From Sminthopsis crassicaudata (taxonomy: Eukaryota), in NCBI RefSeq assembly GCF_048593235.1, contig NC_133620.1, positions 348,306,454 through 348,370,453 of the forward strand: a stretch of 64,000 nt of DNA. The letters run 5' to 3'. Under the pieces are notes generated by a model. It did no database searches and was not told the DNA's origin. It worked only from the letters and a program-made list of their open reading frames with translations. Within the stretch, counting starts at the first letter, position 1. Every line of letters begins with the position of its first letter. Shown piece by piece: positions 38,501 through 48,900 of this stretch. The position numbers and the translations under genes were made by a program.

Positions 38501-39142
38501 TCTATCACATATTCTTAACCTGAGGATCATGAACTTGTTTTTAAGTATCTTAATAATATTACTGGTTTCCTTCATAATCCTTAGTATTTTGTGCATTTAA
38601 AAACATCTTGAGATGGCATCCACAAGCTTCACTAGACTATGTACAAAGAGTCTGTTTAAAAAAAAAAAAAAAAAGGGATGAGCCCTAAGACTAAATGCTT
38701 GTAATTTCCTTTCAAGCTATTTTATGAATTGTTTTTCTTTGTATTTCTTAGCTCCAGCTACCTTTTCTATCTGCTTCCCTTCTGTACCTTTTTGCTTGCT
38801 TGGGCCAGTTCTTTCATCTGGCCAACATGTCAGGTCCTCAAAACATTCTGCCCATTGAAATCACCATGGCAATATTGTGAGCCTGAAATACAGTAAAAGC
38901 ATGCTGGAAATTTCGTTTAGCATTATCAAACCCTTACTTCTCTGTATCCCAACTACTCAGGTTGGCACATTTGTTAGACCCATGCTAAAACAGACTGAGA
39001 TTCTGAGAATAGCTAGTGGGGCAAAGGGGAAGAGAGAGAAGACTTGGATTCTGCCACTCAATCTTGTATCTTGACTGATGACATATTTTTCCCTTATACT
39101 GGCTCCAGGAGGTGTCCTCTGAACATTCTGCTCCAAGGAATC

Positions 39143-39445
39143 ATGGCAGATGTTGGCTGGTGGAAGTTGACCTTTTTGCGCAAAAAAAAGTCAACTCCTA
39201 AGGTGTTGTATGAAAGTCCAGACACTTATGCCCATCTAGATGGAGCTACTGAGCCCACCCGGCCCGAGGGCGGGAGTGCCAACAGTGACTTTAATGCCCG
39301 TCTAGAGAAAATTGTGGACAAGAACACCAAGGGCAAACATGTCAAGGTCTCCAATTCTGGACGCTTTAAGGAGAAGAAAAAGGTCCGAGCCAGTCTGGCA
39401 GAAAATCCTAAACTCTTTGAGGATGGAGATGGAAAAGGACAGTGA
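39143..39445 (+). CDS. PRR15L: Proline-rich protein 15-like, 100 aa, single coding exon
   Basis: [24 protein letters not shown]...[40 protein letters not shown], the recognisable PRR15/PRR15L signature; splice acceptor at ~39108 upstream of the ATG; syntenic position and orientation. Confidence 0.95.
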   Translation: MADVGWWKLTFLRKKKSTPKVLYESPDTYAHLDGATEPTRPEGGSANSDFNARLEKIVDKNTKGKHVKVSNSGRFKEKKKVRASLAENPKLFEDGDGKGQ

Positions 39446-40234
39446 AGGATGAGAAGGGGGATGCTAAGTACCTCCTCCTTTCCTACCATCGGGCTGAATT
39501 CTGAAAAGGAAAATAGACATTCCAGCCTCTGCCTACAGCCCAAACTTTGCAGAGCATCCTCTGTTGGCCTCCACACCTACGGGCAAGAAAACATCTCTTA
39601 CTTATAGATGTACGACTTTACTAGGGGAAGGCTGGCCCTGGAGGTTTGGGCTTGTTGCAACCCCCACATGTAGGGTCCTTCTCAGTTCAAGGATCATCTC
39701 TCAGGAAAGAGAAATCATGACCCTGGGAAGGTCCATGCTCATTTGCAGCTCTAAGCGGTGCCTGCTGAGAAGAAGGAATGGGTGAAAGTGGAGTGTCCCT
39801 TCTGTTCCCCAGGAACAAGAATCAGGATCAACTTTGAATTGCTGCTCTGTCCTCCACTTTCATCCACAGCTTTTTCCCGGTGGGAACCTTTTCTAGAAAT
39901 TAGATGGAGTCAGGGGAATAGGGAGACTTGAGACCTTACCTCACCTCTGTGTGCATTTCCTGGAACTTTGCTTAAAAGATATGGCTAGAAGAAGATCTCT
40001 CAAACTTCATGTAAGACTCCAAAGGGATAGATTAGTACAAATCAGTTCCTGCTAGGGACATTCCCTTGTAAGTGCGTCAAGGTAGACAGGGACAATGGGG
40101 GAGCTGCTTGGCTTCCTGCTCAGGGGAACCTATCTACTCTCCCTGCCAGGATATGTAGTTAAGACAAGAGCTCCTGGATGACACCCTGGGCTTTTAATTT
40201 TTTTCCTAAGTTTGGTCATAAGTTTCTTTTTGCT

Positions 40235-40240
40235 AATAAA
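40235..40240 (+). terminator. Candidate poly(A) signal of PRR15L
   Basis: AATAAA about 790 nt after the stop, followed by GT-rich sequence. Confidence 0.6.
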
Positions 40241-42336
40241 CGTGACTTGAAAGTGGAGGGTTCTCATGATGATGGTCACTGCTATCACTGGAGCCAGGAT
40301 GGAGGTTAGGCAGAGGTACAGTCTCTTCTAGATGCTTGGCCTAGATTTAGAATTAGGGGCACTATTTATCAACTTTGAATGAAAAGGAAGGTGAAAACTG
40401 GTTTGGAAGAGCTCAGAAAGCTCAATTTGTATCACATCTTACCATATGTGGTGCTCTGGCTGTGAGGCTGGCAGTGTCCCTACATGTGGGGGTTGCAATA
40501 AGCCCAAACCTCCAGTCCTAGTGTTCTGACCGGTGAAGAACACCTGCCAGTCCAGCACCTCTCACTTACCCATCACAGTTTATTATGGGCACTTCACTAA
40601 AGCATTTTTTTTTTTTTAAAGTCCCATGAACGTGGATCATGTGGGTGATTGAATGTGTACAGGATTTGGAGATTTTCTGCTTTGTAACATGTAGCTTTTC
40701 CCATATGTTCTAAAACTACCTCCTAATTAGCATCAGGCTGTGAGGGGCCTAATTCTAATGTCTCCCAATTTGGTGACCAGCTCCCCTTTCCCTTTATCCA
40801 CATCCTCTGGGGCACAGGAGATGGGCTCCCATAATGGAAGCTAAAGTGGCCAGTCATCCACGTCTACTGGTCACAACAAACCTGAGGGTGTAACTAGGTC
40901 TGGAAAAGGATAGCTAGATCTTGGGAGATAAGGTCCCTTCTATAATAAATCTCACTTCTCATTTCCAATACCACCAGTGGCTACTACTCATAACTTTTAA
41001 CAAAGATTCATATTCAAAGACCTTGCCCAGGGACGCGTTCCAATTTCTCCCACGAGGTATCAGCCCAGGTTTTGCCCAGCAGATGGAAAGGAGCCAGGAA
41101 TAAGAAAGCGTGAGCCATAAACCCTGGAGCCCCAAGAGGGAACAACAGAGAGGGTGACCACAAACAATGCTACTCTGCTGCTTCCACTCCAACCTCACTG
41201 TCTGCAGGGCTACCTCGCCCTAGGGAATAGCTGCTCAGCTGTTTCCCAGGGAATTTGTTATCAAAACAAACTGGGCCCTGTGGTACAAGGAGACCTTTGT
41301 CATGGTGCCTCACCCTGGCAGTGGGGAACTTGGAGGGTGATGGAGGTGGAAGGAGGGGTTAGACATCCCCATCCTTTGTACACCTTGGGGTTCTATAATA
41401 ACTGTCACTCATGAGGCTTTCTTCCAGGATTGCTAAACATTTCATATAAATTCACACCTGAAACCATCCTTCTCCCTTTATTCTTAAAAGGGAACCCCCC
41501 ATTTTTTCGGGGAGCAAATTTAATAGAGGAAGAAAAAAGCCATGCATTAGTCATTTAACTATAGAGGTCAGTGTTGCTGGCTTTTTTGGGGGAAGGGAGA
41601 GTGGACTTCTTGCAGGTGAGTCATCTCCTGACTGAATAGGAGCAGGTGACTGAAGCTTTGTTTTGTTTCCTCTGGGGGAAAAAAACAGGTTAGAAAGCAG
41701 AGGAGATGCCTTCAGAGAAGAGAAGCCAGATCTATCTTTTCCTGGCTCCCCAACCTGGAGTCCAGGTGCTGGGGGGACAGGAAAGTAAGGATCCTGGGAG
41801 TATCCCGGCTCCACCACTGACTCCCACTCCTGACACACGTTTTTGTATATCCTCTTTCCTGGAGAGTCATTGGGTCCAGGAAGGAAGGCATCATTTGTGG
41901 GGGGCGCTCATGGATCCTGTTACTTTTCAGCCATCCTGGCCTCTGCTGGATGCCACCTGCCAACCCCTGGGGACAGGGCCACGTCTGGAAGGCCAAATGC
42001 AAGGCACAATGTTGGGGAGAAAGAGACAAAGAAACGGGGAGGGAGGGCAGAAGGAGGGGCTGAGAGTACAAATATGTGCTGGAACTGGGAGAGGCCAGGG
42101 CTTATCTGGCCAGCAGTTTCGCTGGGACAGGACCCAAGCCCACAGGAGGGGGATCAGCCACAACTGGAATCTACCAGCTAGAGACCAATCCTGGGTAGCT
42201 GGCGCCCCCTGCTGGACAGGGGGAGGCACCTTTAGCCTGGACCCTCCTCAGCTCCAGCAGGAAGGACAAAGACTCACTGTATCCCCACCCACTACCAGCC
42301 AGAACAAGGTGAACACTGACCATCACAGCTGAAGAC

Positions 42337-42342
42337 TTTATT
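42337..42342 (-). terminator. Candidate distal poly(A) signal of PNPO (a proximal one lies at 43160-43165)
   Basis: AATAAA on minus followed by GU-rich sequence. Confidence 0.5.
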
Positions 42343-43469
42343 ACAGGAGCGGTGTGAGAGGTAACAGGATGAGCAGAGTACAGAGTGGTACGGGGGCCGG
42401 CCGGGGAGAAGGGATTACAAGTCCCTGACCATCAGACCGTCTCACACACCCAGACACCCCCACCCAGCTCCTCCGGCATCTCCCAGACACACGATGGGCA
42501 CATCCGCCACAACCCCAAACTCAGAGCTCCAACCTGCCCAGAACCCAGGGGCCTCTGAGCACGGTCCCTTCTGCAGAGGGACCAATCTGACTCCAAGACC
42601 CAGGAGTTAAGAATGGTGGTTTTTTTTTTTTTTTTTTTTAAACATGTTAAAAATACAGTAAGCCTTCAAACTATCCTTAGCTCCAGGGGATCTTCTTGAA
42701 ACAGGTTCCTGTGGATCTGGCTGAAGTTTGCTGACTCCAGCTCTAGAACTTATAATCAAGGTGGGGAGACAGACCAAGGCAGGCTGGGCTATCCAGGAAC
42801 CTATCCACATATTCACAAAACAGGGCCACAACAATAGTTCAAGCAGCAATCAACTTTCTCACACACAGCTGAGTCACAGTGAATGTTTAACCCCAAGCCA
42901 AATTCCTCCCCGCCCATTAGGCACACTCCCACCAGGATCTGGCTGGACTGAGCTCATCATTGTGCAATTCTATAATTACTACTGGTTTAAGTCAGTAGAA
43001 TGGGAAAAAAGTGGTCTCTGGAGCTCATCTAGTTTGACTTTATTCCACTTTGAATTTCAACTAGAAGATTCTTACAGAAGATCACTAACCATCCTATGAC
43101 TGTCATCGACTGATTCTATGTCTATCTTTTAGTGATACATTGAGTCAATGTAATATCTCTTTATTGTGAATGACAATCATTCAAATACTTGAAATTAGTT
43201 ATTGGGAAAGCAACTTTGTTGCCAAAAAAATAAGCATGTTATGTATCTCTTAGTTTTGAAAATACTTAAACCTAAATAGAACTTATTTTTGAGTTATCCA
43301 ATTTTGTATTTTGGGGTGCTCTTTTCATTACCCATTTACAAACCAGGGATAGATGTAGGGTTGAGTGGGCTAGGCTTAGAGTCTAATGGGAAGTCCCTCT
43401 TTTTTCTCACCACTCTGTGCCAGGTGCCATCATGAGCTGAGACGGTCCAATCACCAATCAGTCCCCCAG

Positions 43470-46400
43470 TCATGGTGAAAGTCTCTCATATAACCAGTCA
43501 TTCGCACCACGGTGGGTCATGGGCCCTGATGCAGGCTCTCCAGGTTGCAGCCTTCGGAAGACAATCCGATCGTGCAGTCGGTTGGTTTGACCCTGCCAGA
43601 ACTCTACTACTTCTGGATATAGGATATAGCCACCCCTAAAGGGAGAGGGAGAGGTTTCATAGTTGTGAAGCTTCCTTCTATAGACTTGGTTCAAAGCCAC
43701 TGAGAGAAGTGGTTGGGCTGAACTTCATCTCAGGCCCAAGATAATGTCTGCGGCTGGTCCCTGAGGGGCTGAGGCTCTGTCACCTTGCAGGTCAGAATCA
43801 AATGGGATAACTTCCCATTTTCAAAACAAAATGCTAGATTTGGTGTGGAAGGCCAGATTTAAATCTTATGCAACTTAACTGTGTGACTTCACTTGTCTGG
43901 GGTTAAATAAAATAAACTAGATGGTTTCTGAGGTTCTTTCCATCTATGATCCAACAGAAGCTGTGTCACTCACCAATATTTAGGCTTGGGTACATCCTGA
44001 TCCTGGTATATCCCCTTTAACTCTTCATTCTTCTTCCTTAGATACTGTTCAAGAGGAAGGGAAATATAATGGGTACCAGAATCCCTGGGGAAAATCCCAG
44101 TCCAGGGATCTGAAAATGATGGTTCCCTCTGCCTGATTAAGTATATATGAGAAACTCTGGAAGAATAAAGACCACAAAGAGAGTGGATAGGTGCTCCTTT
44201 CTCTCTGTGTCCTCTTTCCCCATGTCACTCACCTCCCGATCTGGGATAACAGAGCTCTGGTGACTGACGACTGCCCCGATTTGACTGCTTTTAGGGCGGG
44301 AATGGAAATATAGCTCAGCCTCCTCTTCCGGCAGCCTCTGTACCTGTCCTTCAACACGTACCTGCTCAGACAGCCACAGGTGAGGGGGTAGGGTGGAGAT
44401 GGAATTCTTCTAGTAGATGACCCAGTCACCTTTATTTTCCCCATCCACCTCAAAACACAATCTAGTCTGACCCAGGAGCCAGGTCCTCTGTTTTTCTATA
44501 TTGGAGGATGGATACTTAGGACAAAGAGAGATTTCCTGGGAAACCTCTCTCCAGTGTACCCAACATTTTTACCATCTTTGCTTACTTAGACCTTTCTGAC
44601 CCTATCCCAAACACGCTTACCTGTCTATTGAGAGGCGCCCAGTAGAAGACGAGGGAGGCAAAAGGGTTAGAATCCTGGAGAAAACAGAAAAAGGCATAAG
44701 GACAGGGTGAAAAATAAAAGCCTCCTCCCCATGAGGGGGAAATGTAACTTAGCTTTATAGAGCAAGAGTGGAGAAGAAAGATGAGAATGAGGCTTTCTGG
44801 GAAGAGCAGTTGTTGTACTTTCTCCCACACTTCTCATTTGCTGGCCACAAGGGCCCAAAAGAGTCGCTTCTTTCTACTCTGTCCTGGGAACCTAGCCTTC
44901 TATATCTGAAGAGTGGAGAAGCTAAGTGAGGAGAATGTAAGGGGGGAAAAGGGGAGGAAGAACGTACCAGAGTTTCAGATCCTCTTTCCTTATTTTTATG
45001 GAAGGACACAAGAAGGGAGATGTGAAATGCCTGTCATGTTGGCATGAATAGAGGGAGAGCTTTTGGTTTTTTCTTTACTAGAAACCCTCACCAGCTCTTT
45101 TCCTTTTCGGCTTTCAAAGTTAGTGAAGAAACGGAAACCATCCTGGTCAAAGCCCTTTAGCAGCAGCATTCGGGCAGAAGGCTTTCCATCCCTAAGACAC
45201 ATAGAAATAGAAAGAATGGTCAGTACCCCATCGTCATTCCCTCAATTCCCTCCTGTAAAGGAAATTAAAGAAAAGGGATTTGATTAACTTGAGGCAGCAT
45301 TGACTGTGCCTTAACTCCATATTATCTTGACCCTTAAAAATGTGGCTCATTTAAGGACAAAAACCAGGAATCAAAATCTATCAATTATTTATTGAGCACT
45401 CTACACATGGTGCTGTGAAAGAGGTGTATGTGCCCCCAAGTTTATTACTTAGGGAAAGATATAAAAATGTGGGAAATAAAGTGACCAATAAAAATAAGAG
45501 GTAATGATAAAATTAAATTAAAGTAACAAGATTACAAGAGGCAATTGTAACATTCTCCTCTAAAATGTAATGTTCTCTGGGAGCAGGTTTCTTGGGGGCT
45601 TTTGGAGGCAGCCTTCCTTTCAGTTCAGTAATCACCCCAAAGGCAGCCGGAGTTAAAGTCCAAATCCTTTATTATCTCCTTCACTTGGGGCTCAACTTTC
45701 TGGAGACCTTTCTCTCTCCTTGGTTCTGAGAGGCCTGCCTTCTCTGGCTTCTGAATCTCCAAGACTGAATCCTGGCTGAGGCTCCTAGTGGATCTTGAAG
45801 ACACCAATCCTTATATCAGTAGGAAACCATTAAATCAATGCTAAACTAGATTTAATCACTGTCTCCTCAATTCCACTCAATCCCTATCTCCTTGTAGGAT
45901 TAAATCAATCATACTGATCCAAGCTAAACTAGATAACTATAGTTTCTTATCAGTTCCACTGATTTAGCTCCTCATTTCTTTTTTTTTTTTTTTTGAATGT
46001 TGAAAACTAGCTTTATATGTAGTTGGAAAAATAAAATACTATTCAGAATTTTTTAAACATTAATTTTATAATTATAACATTTTTTTACAACATTATCCCT
46101 TGTACTCCTTCTGTTCCGAATTTTCCCCTCCTTCCCTCCACCCCCTCCCCTAGATGGTAGGCATTCCCATACATATTAAATATCTTATAGTATATCCTAT
46201 CCTAGGTACAATATGTACAGAACCGAAATTTGTTGTTGTTGTTGCAAAGGAAGAATTGTATTCGGAAGGTAAAAATAATCTGGGAAGAAAAAAACAAAAA
46301 AAAAATGCTAACAGTTTACACTCATTTCCCAGTGTTCCTTTTCTGGGTGTAGCTAATCCTGTCCATCATTGATCAAATGTAATTGAATTTAGCTCCTCCT

Positions 46401-47790
46401 TTCAAGTTCTGGCCCATACCAGGTAATAATAGCCATTAAAGTCTTAAGATTTACAAAATACTTCACATACATATTATCTCCTTTACTTCTCATAATACCC
46501 CAGTGAAGGGAGGGTTATTATCATCACATGAGGCTAAGAGACTTGCCCAGAGCCCCATAGTATCTGTTTGGGGCAAGATTTGAACTGAGGTCTTCCCTTC
46601 TCCAACTCCATGCTCTAACCACCACTATGCCAATTAAGACAAGAGGTACAGACTCAAGGCAGGTGGCCATAGTAGTTCGCCATCTATATAAATCTAATGT
46701 GACGATAAATTGTAACTTTCATTGTGGTGGCAAGAACTGGAAACGGGGGAGGATGTCTGTTAATTGGGGAAGGGCAGATTGTGATGGAATACTATTGTGC
46801 TATGGGAAATAGGGAGATCTGTGTGAAATGATGAAGAGTGAAATGAGCAAAGCCAACACTGCTTACAGTAAAACATTTTAAGAACTAAGTCATTTTCACT
46901 TAACACTTCCTAGCTGTGTGACCCTGGGCAAGTCACTTAACCCCAGCCTCAGGGGGAAAAAAAAAATCATTTTGACTATCATAAGTACCCAAATTAACTT
47001 CAAAGGACGTAAGGAGATGCCTTCTGCACCCAGAGAAAGAACTGACAGATGGATGTACAGAATAGTTTTACATATACAGTCAAATCTGGGGGGAGGGGAA
47101 AAAAGGGAAAGGGAAATTTACTCGGTAACATATCGATTGGGAAGGAACAGCCTTCCCAACGTAATAGATTTTCAGTTTCGCATTATCATCTTTTATACTA
47201 AAAACAACAACAAAAAGTGTGAGTGCGGAGGGGCAGTGCCAACCTGGTGCAGAGGCCAGGCCTGCTCCCCCCGGGAGAAGGAGCAAGGGTGGGGAAGGCG
47301 GCGGTGCTGGGACCAGACCTCGGGGTCCTCACTAGGAAGCAGGGGTGGGCAGTGCTGACCTGGTGCAGGTGGCCAGGCACATGGCATTGGCTTCAAACAC
47401 CTCCGGGCACCGGGCGGCTTCTTCGAACCAGCTAGAGAACTGCTGGATGGGGTCCAGCGAGACCAGATGCGCCTCCTCGAAGGCCTGGGCGAAGGTGAAG
47501 GGCAGAGCCGGGGCCTGTCCCTGAGCTCCCGGGCTCCCCCGGCCGCCCCCTCCCTCCTTCCCTCCGGCTCCCCCTCTGCCCCCGCGGGAGCTCCAGACAT
47601 CGCTTCCCCCCGACCCCTCGGAGGCGGCACCTCTTGGTCCTTGAGGTAGCTCTTCCTCATGTGTCCCAGATCCATGACAGCTCGAACCGCACACCCGGTC
47701 CGCAGGGAATCCGTCAGCACCGCCCGCTGCCAATTCCACCACGTCACGACGCCCAGCAGTACGCTACTCACCCCCCCGTCGGGTCGTCAT
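43470..47790 (-). CDS. PNPO: Pyridoxine/pyridoxamine 5'-phosphate oxidase, 7 coding exons
   Basis: Exons on minus: 47631-47790 (see frameshift finding; in-frame ATG at 47675), 47360-47484, 45092-45191, 44621-44674, 44233-44361, 43974-44044, 43470-43635. GT-AG introns with consistent phases. Motifs [66 protein letters not shown]. Confidence 0.95.
45970..46375 (-). mobile_element. L1 3' end fragment(s) in PNPO intron 2
   Basis: Poly-T followed by the reverse complement of an L1 3'UTR. Confidence 0.75.
46898..46966 (+). mobile_element. 5'-truncated WSINE1-like SINE
   Basis: cacttaacacttcctagctgtgtgaccctgggcaagtcacttaaccccagcctcagggggaaaa; flanking tcatttt repeat. Confidence 0.8.
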
Positions 47791-48900
47791 GGCGACCACA
47801 AAGCCTCGTGATTTGCCACTCTGCGGCCCGCCCCGCGTCCCCCTCTATTTACTCATTCTCTTTCCTTTTCTCCCCCTCCTTTTCTCACCCCAGTACCCGG
47901 TTCTGATTCAGCTTCCGACTCTTCGCTTCCTCCCAAGCCCGGAGGGCCCAGCCGCTCAGTCTAACCTCCCGCCGACTCCGCCCCTTCCATTCTAGAATCC
48001 AATGGGAGGCCAGGGTCGGGGAAGCGGGGGACAACACGGAAAGCTCATTGGCTGAGTCCTCCGGGAACGGGGCCAATCGGAACGTGAACAACAGAGCCTC
48101 CGCACCAATGGATAGCGCCGACGGGGGCGGGAACAAAGAGACCAGGAAATGTAGTCACTGCCGTCAATACGCACATGGAGGTGTTGTTAAAGGTACAGGA
48201 GCTGCCGGAATCGGAGCTGGGGAGGGGAGGGGGAGTGCACCTGAGACGTGGGGGGATAGGCCGTGGTGTGGTGGGGGGAGGCAATCTCAGGGCAGCTGGG
48301 ATGATTAGGCGTCGCATGGACGGGAAGGGGAAGAGGGAGCCTCAGGGGGCAGCTCGGGCTTTGGGAAGGGGAGAACTGGGACAGGGGCAGGGTAATGGGG
48401 TGAGCCGCGCTGGGGGAAGGGAGAGCCGGCGCCGGGAGGGCGTCTCGGGGAAGAAGTTAGTTGTAGGACGGAGGACTGAGGCTGGGTGCGGGCTGCGGGG
48501 AGGTCTCCATAAGGCAGGTAGGCACTCGGGCTCGCCCTCCCGGGTTCTGAGACGGCGCTCCGCGCCTCGGGCTCCGTGCGGGTGCCGCAGGCTTTCCTGC
48601 CTTGACCTCCCCTCGGGCTGAGTCTCCTCGCTTCTGTCTCCAGGTGCCCCGGGGGCCGGTCCCCCGCTCAGTGCCGGCAGATGGCTGAGGGGGCCGGGGA
48701 CAGGGTGGCTCTGCAAGGCCACCTCCAGGCTGCGGACCCCGGGCTCGGCGATGCAGAGCCAGCCGGTGCCCACCCCACCTTTGACCTGACTGAAAGCTCC
48801 CTGGGTGGGGGCCCTCTGTGTACTCCCAGTTTTCAGCAACAACAGCAACTGGAGTTACAAGAGCCGCCCAGGCAGGTGCCCCTGGAGTGCGCCAGGTAAG
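47200..48900. promoter_or_regulatory. CpG island and bidirectional promoter (PNPO / BEN-domain gene)
   Basis: High GC and CpG; CCAAT boxes at 47999, 48047 (reverse), 48073 and 48105; GC box near 47957; divergent genes on either side. Confidence 0.85.

Noticed and set aside
41706-42332. 208-aa plus-strand ORF between the PRR15L and PNPO 3' ends
   Set aside because: No recognisable domain, no supporting splice structure, and composition like a random GC-rich translation; cannot be excluded without RNA data.
48175-48621. 148-aa Gly/Arg-rich ORF
   Set aside because: Reads through a donor at 48192 into G-rich intron sequence; best treated as a short upstream exon plus intron.
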